A stretch of 63,318 nt of DNA, the filler included, from Folioceros fuciformis (Eukaryota): NCBI GenBank assembly GCA_049999805.1. It is 5 parts of 5 records of this genome, joined end to end, with 100 filler letters (N's around TTAATTAATTAA, not from the genome) between each part and the next. Parts side by side here need not be neighbours in the genome. Positions count along the whole stretch, not along the records: positions 19,695 to 49,961 come from JBNGIO010005963.1; 4 more parts are not named here. One strand, 5' to 3'. Position numbers and translations under genes: made by a program. The stretch's first letter is position 1. Each line of letters starts with the position of its first letter. The notes beneath the pieces were generated by a model. That model did no database searches. It saw only the letters and a list, made by a program, of their open reading frames with translations, and was not told the DNA's origin. Below are positions 30,271 to 40,699 of the stretch, piece after piece.

Positions 30271-31467
30271 TGTCACAAGTCCACCAAAGCGGAAAGATGG
30301 GTGAAAGATAAATCTCTCCATATATCCTGTCTGTTTCAGCCCTCCAGAACAGCCTCGTCACGTACAGTACGTGCCTAGAGAGAAATGCAGCAGTTGATAT
30401 GGTGGGTAGCATCTGTGTGGGGCGGCGTCATTTCATGGGTGCTGCACAGCGTGACTCCTCGCCATCCGAGTGGAACGCAAATACAACGTGGTCGTCAGCC
30501 TTAGAAGTGAGATGCGATCTATATGAACTGCCAGTTCCCACTTAAAACTATCACCTCGTGTCACCGAAGTGTTGCCACCCATTTGATGGGTGACGAGCTG
30601 CTTTCTGAAGACGCCTACCGTCACCCTCAGAGAAATCATAACATCCTGTCTGGCCCTCCAGTCCTTGCACTAGACGCCCAGCTGCCTGAGTCGGATGCCC
30701 AGCAATGGTTTTCATGTTTGTGGAATCCCTCTTGAAGGTGTCGTTCAAAATTCAAATGGAAGCACTCCTCCGCTCTCAAGTGGCACATCTGTTGAGTCCA
30801 AGGAACGGCACGACAAACACGAAATCTGCAGTAATCTGCAATCCTTCCTCAGCGGTCAAAGGAGTCAGTGAGTACCAAGTTGATCTGAACAGTAACGTGT
30901 ACAGCGCAACTAATCAGCTAGCCTCCAGACCCCGGACGCACACAGGTCCAGCAAACATACAGCCGACGATCGAGCAGTTGTTATATTCCGGATGTATTTA
31001 CCATGACAGGTCCTACTAGATGTGAGTTCCCTGGCAAGGCTGCACAGCCAGGACCCGGCCTAGGGACTCGATACGGCATCACTCGGACGAAGAGCCTCCT
31101 GCTGCTGCGAAAGTGTAATGTATTCGAAACATTCCTGCAGTCTACAGTTGCTACTTCGACAGTTATTCTCACAGACATATCAACGCACACTGTGCAGAAA
31201 AATGTAGTTGCTGTAGAAGAGGAAAGATTCCAGCCCTTGAAACCCGTGCAATCTTGGAGAGCGATATCCAGATGCTATCCAATTGAAAGATGTGCTGTCC
31301 ATCAAACCTCCACCTTAATACCCGGACACCATCCAATTCAAAGATGTCCTGACCATGAATCCGTCTCCGGCTGGCAATCTGATTCCAACAAGCATGACGA
31401 CCACAAGAACGGGCAGCAACTCTCCACAACCCCGCTCCACTCGCTGAACTAATTCATCAAACTCCCA

Positions 31468-33237
31468 ATGGCTTCCCCGCCACAGCTCCCCCCGCTGCTC
31501 CTCCTGCTGCTGCTGTTGCTGGCCCTGCAATGGCACGCAACATCCGCCTCCAGGTCACAGATCGAATGCAAAGCCGAGGGCTCCTGCACCGTCTCCTCCT
31601 GGCTGGGCCCGTGGGGTGACAGCGCGGAATGCAGCTTCGCTAAGGCCGTGTTCCCGACCACTGAACCCGAGTTGATCCAGGCCGTGGCGGACGCGGTCCG
31701 GGAGAAGCGCCAGGTGAAGGTGGCGAGCGGTAGCCTCCACTCCACCCCGAAGCTGGTGTGCCCGGGAGGCTCCTCCGGCGTGCTCATCTCCACGCAGCAC
31801 TACGACGCCTCCTTCACGATCGACGCCACCGCCAAGACGGTCACCCTGGGTGCAGGCCTCCGGCTCAACGTCCTCCTGGATGGCCTAGCCGCGGCCGGGC
31901 TGGGCCTTCCCAACGTTCCGGCATGGTCGACCCTGTCCGTGGTCGGCGCCATCTCCACGGGCGCCCACGGGTCGTCCCTCTGGCCCGACTCGGGCCCGCT
32001 CCACGACCGCGTCCTGGCCGTTCGCATCGTGGTCCCTGCTCCCGCCGACCGCGGGTACGCCCGGTCGGTCACTGTCACGGACTCCCCGGCCCTGGACGCC
32101 GTCCGCCTCTCCCTCGGCGTGCTGGGAGCCGTCTCCCAGATCACTCTCCGGGTGGAAGACCTCTCCAAACGTGCACTCGCATTCGAGCGCGCGTCAGACG
32201 AGGACATCGCCGCTCGCATTGTGTCTCTCCCGCGCGAGGCCGAGTTTGGCGAGATCCGCTGGTTCCCGTCGCAGCGCCAGGCGATCTACCGGCTCGAGTC
32301 CCGGGTCCCCCTCTCCACTCCAGGGAACGCCACCCTGCACTCGCTCGCGACGGCAGCAGGCCCGTCAGACACGGGCGCCTTTAGCCTCTTCCCAATGTCG
32401 CCGTCCTCGATCCAGGCCGGGCGGCGGGCACAGGAGGCGGCAGAGGAAGCCCAGGACACAGCCACGCTCTGCAAGCTGGCCGACGCCATCGTCGACTCGC
32501 TCGCCCCGGCCGGGCTCGGCGCCGAGGTGGTGGGATTCTCCCACGGCTTCCAGACAACGGACTCGTGCAGGCAGGCGGATCTCGGGACGGAGCATGTCTG
32601 CCACTGGGACGACGAGGCCACGCTCATGCACGAGACATCCATCGCCGTGCCGGTTTCCCGCATCGCCGACTTCATCGCCGACGTGGAGAAGCTGCGAGAT
32701 CTGAGGCCGGGCGGGCTGTGCGGTCTAGGGTTCTACTACGGCTTCCTGCTCCGCTACGTCAAGGGAGGGTCCAAGGCGCTGCTAGGGGAGACGGAAGACG
32801 CGGTAGACGTGAACGCCATGTTCCTGCGGTCGCGTCAACCTTGGCAGCCCCGGCTGGACGAGGATGTGCTGGAGGAGATCGAGCAGATCGCGCTGGTGAA
32901 GTATGGCGGGAAAGCGCACTGGGGGAAGTCGAATCGCGCCGTCTCGTTCATCGGCGCCGCGGCCAAGTTCGGGAAGCGTCTGCTGGAGTTTGTGGAGGTG
33001 AAGGAGCAGCTGGACCCGGACGCCATCTTCTCCAGCCCGTGGTCGGACGCCGTGCTCGGCCTGGACGAATCGGGGTTGCAGCAGCTTCGTCCATTCTGCG
33101 CTCTCGAAGGACTGTGCATCTGCCGCGACCATTCGCACTGCGCGCCGGACGCTGGCTACTTCTGCCGCCCCGGCCTTGTCTTTGCCCAGGCCCGCGTCTG
33201 CAGACTCGAAGCACCAGCTCTTAAAGAAGAGCTTTAG
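31468..33237 (+). CDS. L-gulonolactone oxidase-like FAD-linked oxidoreductase (plant GulLO family), intronless, signal peptide
   Basis: 589 aa. Leu-rich leader, HSTPKLVCPG (FAD-binding His), GAISTGAHGSSL, SLGVLGAVSQITL, EIEQIALVKYGGKAHWGK, Cys-rich C-terminus CALEGLCIC..D.HCAP..GYFCRPG. Confidence 0.93.
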   Translation: MASPPQLPPLLLLLLLLLALQWHATSASRSQIECKAEGSCTVSSWLGPWGDSAECSFAKAVFPTTEPELIQAVADAVREKRQVKVASGSLHSTPKLVCPGGSSGVLISTQHYDASFTIDATAKTVTLGAGLRLNVLLDGLAAAGLGLPNVPAWSTLSVVGAISTGAHGSSLWPDSGPLHDRVLAVRIVVPAPADRGYARSVTVTDSPALDAVRLSLGVLGAVSQITLRVEDLSKRALAFERASDEDIAARIVSLPREAEFGEIRWFPSQRQAIYRLESRVPLSTPGNATLHSLATAAGPSDTGAFSLFPMSPSSIQAGRRAQEAAEEAQDTATLCKLADAIVDSLAPAGLGAEVVGFSHGFQTTDSCRQADLGTEHVCHWDDEATLMHETSIAVPVSRIADFIADVEKLRDLRPGGLCGLGFYYGFLLRYVKGGSKALLGETEDAVDVNAMFLRSRQPWQPRLDEDVLEEIEQIALVKYGGKAHWGKSNRAVSFIGAAAKFGKRLLEFVEVKEQLDPDAIFSSPWSDAVLGLDESGLQQLRPFCALEGLCICRDHSHCAPDAGYFCRPGLVFAQARVCRLEAPALKEEL

Positions 33238-33990
33238 AAGGAAGCCTCCCATTTCCGAGTCTCAACCACGACCCGCGCATAATCTCTTGCCAACACTACT
33301 GACAGGTACGTAGGACAAAACGATCAGACCGTGTGCGCCAAACGAAAAAGAATGTTTGCTCAATTTTTGAAATGACTGAGTTTAGGCTTTAAGCTTGGAC
33401 TTTCTAGTACCCTTTTGGCCCTCCTCGGGTTTGTTTTTGGGGTTTGTTCCTCCAATTTTTAGAATAATAGAATTTTTTTTATCTTTTTTAATAATAAAAA
33501 ACTATATATTAAATTATGATTTCAATCAATAANNNNNNNNNNNNNNNNNNNNNNNNNNNNNNNNNNNNNNNNNNNNNNNNNNNNNNNNNNNNNNNNNNNN
33601 NNNNNNNNNNNNNNNNNNNNNNNNNNNNNNNNTGTATCAAATTATCATTCCAACCAATAAAAGAGAGGGGAGTAGTCTCTAATTGAATAATTCATTCTAA
33701 AATACTTCTTTTGTAAGTATTCAAATATTATAAATAACTTATGGTATTAAGATTTTTTTATATAATTAAAAAGAGATATAGAAGTAAATAGACTAAATAA
33801 AAAACTACCTCAACACTTCTTATCCATATATGCACATAATTTTAGGATAAAATATATTATATAAATATAAATATAATTAAATATATATAATCAAGATTAC
33901 CTAGCTTCATGAATAATACTATTTCTACAACAAAAAATTAGCTTTATCACATACACACAAGAATGTGATAACTCCCAACAAAAAAAAGAG

Positions 33991-34923
33991 TCACCAGTTA
34001 ACATTCCATGTCTTTTCAGCCACTAATTTTGGTGCATCTTTTTCAACAAGATTCATGGTGGCTCTTATCTGTAGAATTAAGAAGAAGAAGGATTAAGACA
34101 AGGTTCTTGAGTATGCTACCAGTAAGTCATGTAAGTGATAGCACTTTGAACAAAATCAGACAAGCTTACTCTTACCTTAAAGGGTCCTCTATCACTTAGA
34201 TGCTTGCACCATTCAAGTCCGGCTGTGTGCTTATGAGCATCATAAGTAGCTTTTATAGTATCATCAACTGTGAACTTTTGTGACATTGCAAAATTCCATG
34301 AATTGGTATCAAAGTTGAAAGATGGCTCTATTCTTGTCTTCAGAGTAGAACCATGGATGTATGCATACTTCAATCCTCCCTTGTCGGAAGAAAAATTATA
34401 GGTCCCAATCAACTCATTTTTAGGATCGATTGTAAAACATGATTGCAAAACGGTTGTGTTTTCTTTTTGTGTGTGATTATAGATCAACTTCAAGTCTTTG
34501 CCACCCAGTTTGGCTGATCCCATGAACCGGAACTTTGCAGCCTAAGGAAAATTTGAATCATCCATTTCACTATCTTACAATGCGTTTCATGTATCAATGT
34601 GTTGTGTCTACTTTGTCACAAAGAAAGAAGTATCAGGTGTGTGCAAATTGAGAAGATTCATGTCCTTGTGAAGATAAAAAATGCAGTCATGGATTGTTGG
34701 TTGAATGAAATCTTGAACTTACTTCTGTTGAACAATCATACTCTAAAGAGAATAAGTTGGGCTTTTCCACTCCGATCGCTACCCCTGTTAGACTTGGCCC
34801 ATTCAAGAATGTTATGTCGTTGCAAGCAGCTTTGAGTAATACGTCTCCAACCCCAACACTGATGCTTGCTACAGCTAGATGATCGCCGGAGTCGTACTTG
34901 GCTTTCACTGATGTCTTTGGCAT
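33991..34923 (-). CDS. OEP24: Chloroplast outer envelope pore protein 24, 3 exons, about 214 aa
   Basis: Exons 34923-34723, 34541-34176, 34068-33991. Motifs K.S.KAKYD, GDVLLKA..ND.TF.NGPSL.G....VEKP, LKYAYIH, IEPSFNFDTNSWNFAMS, GPFKI.ATMNL...PKL.AE.TW. Confidence 0.9.
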
Positions 34924-35410
34924 GGCTTACGATTTGTGTGGACAAGTTGAGTGGCTTGCAGTTGAGTTTGCTGGATTGTATCGCAAAACTGGGTGCCTTC
35001 GTTTACGTTTGGACTCTTAAAAATAAACTGAGAAAACGTAAAGAAATGCGAGGGATGGGCTTGGCGGGAGTGCGCGTTTGCATCCTCCTGCTCCCCTTGT
35101 GCTCCAATTGGATACAGCTCGCGATGTCGAATTCCTCGACGTTGGAGATTGGTTTGCTGGCTGATGGGACGGCGGGGTTGTTTCAGTCACAGGCAAGTGC
35201 ACAAGGAGGAGAGGTGGGAGTGGCCGTGACGGGGTTGGACGCGAGTAGCTTGTGTGATTCTGTCTGCAACGGTTGGAGCCAAGAGCTCAGCAGGCAGGAG
35301 CATGCAGGCTTCTTCTCCCTTGTCGGCATGGGTAGGGCAGGGGAGCTCCTTGTAGAACCAGGCGGATAAGTACTCACGGCCTTGTATGGAGGCCTTAGGT
35401 TTAGCTCTGC

Positions 35411-38017
35411 ATGGTTTGGCCCCTTTTACATATCATGTGTCGATCGATTCAGGGCCGGACGCTTCGTTTTTTGGAGCGGAGGCCAGTCCCGTTAGGCCTT
35501 CTGAAGTCACCTTGTGACAGATCCGAGAACGAAGGAGCAGAGGTTGGCACATGGCCCGAGTGTGAGGAAGGTCAGGTTAGTGAGACTATCGAAGCACTGG
35601 AGCTGCTGGTGCAACAAGGGGCTTTTGTTCCCCTGTGTCTCTTTTATCAAGTTCTGACAAGGGAAAAGACTCTGGTGAGTGGGAGGCACATCCATGGCCT
35701 TGTGTGGAGAGGCGGATATGAGGCGAACGTATACCTAGGCAACCACCTCATCCGGATGTACTCGTCTCACGGGAAATGGCGGGAAGCATCGCAGGTGTTC
35801 CGTTCGATGGCTGTCCCGGACAAGTATTCATGGTCATCTGTCATTCTGGCGCATATCGAGCATGGAGAACCTGAGCGGGCAATCAAATTGTACTCGGAGA
35901 TGCGGCAGTCACTGGTCCCGGATAATCATATTATCGCCGCGGTCCTGAAAGCGTGTTCGAAGGCCGTAGATCTGATTTCAGGAAGGCAGGTGCATGCTGA
36001 CTTTGCGAAGAATGCAGCTGAGCCAGACGTGTTTGTTGGGAACTGTCTTGTGGACATGTATGCGAAATGTGGAAGCTTGGATGATGCTCGGGAAGTTTTT
36101 GACAATCTGGCGGCAAAGAACGTGGTTACATGGAACATCATGCTTGCTGGATACGCTCGGCAGGGTCTGGGACAAGAAGCCCTAACTCTCTATGGACACA
36201 TGCAGGAATCGGGCATGCTTCAAGTTAGTCATGCCACATTTGTCTGCCTCCTTAAAGCATGTGGCAGTATCGGAGCCCTACACCACGGGAAACAACTCCA
36301 TTCTCAGATTCAACAGAAAGGACTGGAATCAGATCTGGTTATTGGGAGCTGCCTGGTTGACATGTATGTGAAGTGCATGAGCTTAGAGGATGCCCGTAGT
36401 GTTTTCGATCGATTGCCTGCAAGGGATGTAGTCACGTGGACTACCATGCTCGCAGGGTACGCTCAGCGGGGCCTTGGTGAGGAAGCTCTGAACCTCTATG
36501 CCAGTATGCAGGAGGAGGGCATGGCCCCAGCAGATCTTGTTACATTTGTGTGCTTGCTTAACGCATGTGCCCGCATCGGAGCCCTTCATCAAGGGAAGCA
36601 GCTCCATTCCCAGATTCGAGATAGGGGATTGTCATGTGATCTCGTGATTGGTAACTGTCTCGTGGATATGTATGCCAAATGCGGGAGCATGGATGATGCT
36701 CGGAGGGTTTTCGACAATATGACCAGAAGAGACGTGGTGACATGGAATGCACTGCTCACAGGGTACGTTCAGCATGGGCTGGGGCACGAAGCTCTTTCGC
36801 TTTATGTAACTATGCAGCAGGAGGAAGTTGCCAAAGCTAATCGTGTTACGTTTCTGTGCCTCCTCCAAGCCTGTGGCATTACTGGCGCGCTACAATCAGG
36901 GAAGGAACTCCATTTGCAGATTCAAGATAGTGGAATGATGGCCGATCTCGTCATTGGCAACTGCTTAGTGGACATGTATGCAAAATGTGGGAGCTTAGAT
37001 GATGCCCGCAGAGTGTTCGATAAGCTGGCCACTAAAAGTGTAGTCACGTGGAATGCCATGCTCAACGGATATGTCGAACATGGGCTGGGTGAACAAGCGT
37101 TGAGTCTTTATGCAAGTATGCAAGAGGAAGGCATCACTGCAGCGGATAGTGTTACATTTATCTGCCTGCTGAATGCGTGTGCAGGTGCAGGAGCTTTGCA
37201 TCTGGGAAAGAAGCTTCATTCCCAGATCCAAGGAGGAGGACTGGAGGTTGATGTAGTGATTGGCAGCTGCTTGGTGGACATGTATGCCAAATGTGGAAGC
37301 CTTGATGATGCCCGGACGGTGTTTGAGAATCTGGGGACAAGAAATGAAGTCACATGGACTGCAATGATCGCAGCATATGGACAGCACGGGCTTGGGGATG
37401 AGGCCCTCCACTGCTATGACGAAATGCGGGCGGCAGGCATCAAGCCCAGTGCAGTCACATTTCTCGCACTTCTCTTTTCGTGCAGCCATGCTGGGCTTGT
37501 CGACAGAGGTTCTAAGTACTTTGAATCCATGACCAAGGACTATGGCATTGCTCCCAGTGCCGAGCACTATGCGAAAATGATTGACATGTTTGGACGCGCG
37601 GGATGCTTCTCGAGGGTACAAGAGCTGTTGTCAACCATGCCAATGCAGCCTGATCTGGGAATGTGGTTGATTCTGCTGGGTGCCTGCCGGAAGCATGGCA
37701 ATGTAGTGCTAGGAGAACAGGCATTTTCTTTTGCAGTGCAACTGCAGCCGAAACATTCTGCTGCCTATGTTTTGATGTCGCACATCTATGCTGATGCGGG
37801 CTTGGCCCAAAATGCGAAGAAAGTTCACAGATGGAGGGTGCTGAACGGGGCTTGGAAGGAGCCTGGCTCAAGCTGGATAGAGCATCAGCATGTAACGCAC
37901 ACGTTTCTGGTCGGAGACCAGAAACACCCGGAGCATGATCAACTGTACGACCTGCTTCAAAGACTGACCATGGAGCTGAAGGATGCGGGACTGATGAACG
38001 CCGAGTCACGGATGTAA
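35411..38017 (+). CDS. PLS-class pentatricopeptide repeat protein with E1/E2/E+ end (organellar RNA editing factor), intronless
   Basis: 868 aa. Repeating P-L-S triplets (VVTWN.M..GY, TFVCLL.AC, G.CLVDMYAKCGSL), E domain (LLGACRKHGNV..G...AAYVLMSHIYA), PG box KEPGSSWIE and H.F.VGD..HP. Stops before the DYW catalytic motifs. Confidence 0.95.
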   Translation: MVWPLLHIMCRSIQGRTLRFLERRPVPLGLLKSPCDRSENEGAEVGTWPECEEGQVSETIEALELLVQQGAFVPLCLFYQVLTREKTLVSGRHIHGLVWRGGYEANVYLGNHLIRMYSSHGKWREASQVFRSMAVPDKYSWSSVILAHIEHGEPERAIKLYSEMRQSLVPDNHIIAAVLKACSKAVDLISGRQVHADFAKNAAEPDVFVGNCLVDMYAKCGSLDDAREVFDNLAAKNVVTWNIMLAGYARQGLGQEALTLYGHMQESGMLQVSHATFVCLLKACGSIGALHHGKQLHSQIQQKGLESDLVIGSCLVDMYVKCMSLEDARSVFDRLPARDVVTWTTMLAGYAQRGLGEEALNLYASMQEEGMAPADLVTFVCLLNACARIGALHQGKQLHSQIRDRGLSCDLVIGNCLVDMYAKCGSMDDARRVFDNMTRRDVVTWNALLTGYVQHGLGHEALSLYVTMQQEEVAKANRVTFLCLLQACGITGALQSGKELHLQIQDSGMMADLVIGNCLVDMYAKCGSLDDARRVFDKLATKSVVTWNAMLNGYVEHGLGEQALSLYASMQEEGITAADSVTFICLLNACAGAGALHLGKKLHSQIQGGGLEVDVVIGSCLVDMYAKCGSLDDARTVFENLGTRNEVTWTAMIAAYGQHGLGDEALHCYDEMRAAGIKPSAVTFLALLFSCSHAGLVDRGSKYFESMTKDYGIAPSAEHYAKMIDMFGRAGCFSRVQELLSTMPMQPDLGMWLILLGACRKHGNVVLGEQAFSFAVQLQPKHSAAYVLMSHIYADAGLAQNAKKVHRWRVLNGAWKEPGSSWIEHQHVTHTFLVGDQKHPEHDQLYDLLQRLTMELKDAGLMNAESRM

Positions 38018-38180
38018 GCAGACCTATGGAGCCGCTCCTGAGTGTGTCAGTTTGAGACGCTGGCCTTGGCATTTGGTCGTCTGGACAGGACGAGTTTCTA
38101 CGTTCCATGACTGCAGTTGTCTTCCTGCTGCCCGGATATCCTTGGGGTGATCGGAGCGATCTCACAGGTCAGAAATATAT
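38018..38180 (+). pseudogene. Degenerate DYW deaminase remnant in frame after the PPR stop
   Basis: Same frame reads ADLWSRS*VCQFETLALAFGRLDRTSFYVP*LQLSSCCPDILGVIGAISQV, comparable to HSEKLA.AFGL...CxDCH.....IS. Confidence 0.65.
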
Positions 38181-39425
38181 TGCCGAGCCCTCATCCCCAC
38201 GAAGAGAGTCTACTGACCTCCAAGAGGTTGTCCATTGCGCGAGCCTGAGGCCCCTTAGGGGTCCATGCTCTCTATGTTCGGGCTTCAGCCTCTCTCATGC
38301 TCGTATCCGGGAGGAGGGAGGTGTCGCATGGATGCGAGGAAATCGGAACTCGGCTGGTCCTGGTTCGAGACCCTTCTATAGCTGAATCCTGCAAGCTGGA
38401 CACAAACGGGAACCGGAAGCCGCAGGTCAGAGGAGAGAGAATGCGTGAAAGTCACGCATCGAGACCTCGAGTAAAGTCAACTTACTTCACGACCGGCCAT
38501 TCGATCACATGCGAAATGGATCACTAGGTACAGTATCTCGAAATGAAGCCGGGAAATTCACACACGTCATATTCACATGCTTATCAGCAACAACAGGGAT
38601 TTTCGATAAGAGAAGATTGATGGGAAGCATTACTAGTATATAAATGACCATATCCGGCATCACTAAATCCATCGTTGCCAGTTGCATCAATGCTCCTAGG
38701 AAAGCAATACAACTCTTGCTCTCTTGGTGCCTCTCTTCCATTTCGGTGTTACTAAGCATGTTTGACTGACACTCAAAGTCTTCCCCACCCACCACTACCT
38801 TCTAGTGACGAAATAGAATAGCAAACCCTTTGCATAAATATCAAGCTAATAATTTGAGAATTCAAGACAAGTTTCTTAAAATAACCAGTTTCAAGGTTTA
38901 CTATATTTGTGCCTGGATGTAACTTTATATTTATATATTAATAATAATATCCTAATTGAAGAGCTTTCTAAATATATAACGTCTTAAACATCAAGAAGTC
39001 AAGACGTCATAAATATATATCTTCCTCTATCTTCCGTAGTGGCAACATAAGGTTACATCTCCCTCTTTCTTCCGTACTGGTAGCCTTCTTTGGACAACTT
39101 GTTTCCATTGCTCTACAAAGAGCCCTGGCAAACGTGGTTTATAAGGTGCTACTAGTGCAAGTTTAGCGACATCCAAAAGCCTTAACTTGTTTCCATTGCT
39201 CTACAAAGAGCCCTGGCAAAAGCGGTTTACAAGGTGCTACTAGTGCAAGTTTAGCGACATTCAAAAGCCCTAACAAACACATAGCAGCAGCAGGAGCTTT
39301 GGTTTTAGGTAAGCCCGACCCTTTGCTATATCCATGTACTTCAGGGTTCATAGTTGTGGGTGCTAGTCCCTTTTTCTCTTTTTTCCAACCCTTTCTAGGT
39401 CTCTAGGTCTCTTCCCACTCTTGAA

Positions 39426-40445
39426 GTGGAATTCATGTCAAAGAGCCAAGAAGAAATGGAAAATATTGTGGAACTTCAAACAATATCTTCAATCGCCATG
39501 CAAGAGGGTGACCAACATGAAAAGATTGCACAGGGTGACCAACATGACAAGATTGTAGAAGTGGACCACACTAAATGCCAACTACCGAAACTAGCAAGAA
39601 CGAGGAGAAAGATGAGATCCATATCACATGTTTCAAAAGAAAAGGAATCAAACACCGTACAAGAAATGGAGTCCAACAATACGGTTATGCAAGAGAATGA
39701 TAAGTTTTTGGAAAATCAAATGATGCAGGAAAGCGATGAGAAGTTACAAAATAAAGAAGAAGATAGGAAGGCTACAAAAGTTGGACACTCCAAGCCCAAA
39801 TCAGGGAAAAGCCAACTAGCATCTAGGAAGATCCAAATATCAAAGTTAGCCATTGAAGACAAAAGCGAACCAGCAACTAAGCGGCTCAAGTTAGCCACTG
39901 AAGGCAAAAGCCAACCAGCAACTAGGAAGGTCCAAAAATCAAAGTTAGGTATTGAAGACAAAAACCAACCAGCAGCTAAGAGGATCAAGCTAGCCACTGA
40001 AGGCGAAAGACAACCATCATCTATGAGGCTCAACAAATCTAAGTCAGCCACTAAAGGTGAAAGCCAACCAACAACTAAGAGGCTAAAAAAATCTAACTTA
40101 GCTGTTGAAGCCGAAAGCCAACCAACAACTAAGAGGCTCAGAAAATCTAACTTAGTTGTTGAAGCCAAAAGCCAACCAACAACTAAGAGGCTCAAAAAAT
40201 CTAACTTAGCTGTTGAAGCTGAAAGCCAACCAACAACTAAGAGGCTCAAGAAATCTAAATCAAGCATCGAAGACGATGATGACTGCCTAACTTATCGTCA
40301 AGCAAGAACATCAATGCTTACAAGAAGAAACAACAAAAATTCAACTTTAATGGATCTTCGTAGAGCTGTTAGGAAGAAGATATTGGTACCTCCAAATAGA
40401 GAGGATGGACAAAAAGTTTTTATCAATTTCAAGCCTATATGTTAA
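39426..40445 (+). CDS. Lys-rich repeat ORF of unknown function (possibly an exon of a TE accessory gene)
   Basis: 339-codon open frame with 54-bp/18-aa repeats (ESQPTTKRLKKSNLAVEA). Preceded by a polypyrimidine tract and AG at about 39371-39406. Confidence 0.35.
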   Translation: MEFMSKSQEEMENIVELQTISSIAMQEGDQHEKIAQGDQHDKIVEVDHTKCQLPKLARTRRKMRSISHVSKEKESNTVQEMESNNTVMQENDKFLENQMMQESDEKLQNKEEDRKATKVGHSKPKSGKSQLASRKIQISKLAIEDKSEPATKRLKLATEGKSQPATRKVQKSKLGIEDKNQPAAKRIKLATEGERQPSSMRLNKSKSATKGESQPTTKRLKKSNLAVEAESQPTTKRLRKSNLVVEAKSQPTTKRLKKSNLAVEAESQPTTKRLKKSKSSIEDDDDCLTYRQARTSMLTRRNNKNSTLMDLRRAVRKKILVPPNREDGQKVFINFKPIC

Positions 40446-40699
40446 TTTATGGGTTTAGCTTGACTCCGAGGGAAAGTATGACGTGACATGGAAGAGAGAT
40501 CTGAGTTGCTACGCATGTGAACACATGTAACCGTCACCTGGCTATACACCATTGCACAGCAAGGGTCGATCAGCTAAGAGCCTCTTGCCCTGTACACACA
40601 AAATTATGGATGCAGACAGAGGAGGACCATCATGGAATCATTGATGTCCCACCATCACGTCCCACATACAGACTCCAACGTCCCACAAGGCTTCTTGCT

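Noticed and set aside
39095..39270. Duplication of about 90 bp with a weak hAT-like peptide; similar small duplications at 2368-2456 and 23337-23440
   Set aside because: Too short and degenerate to assign; ordinary local duplications.
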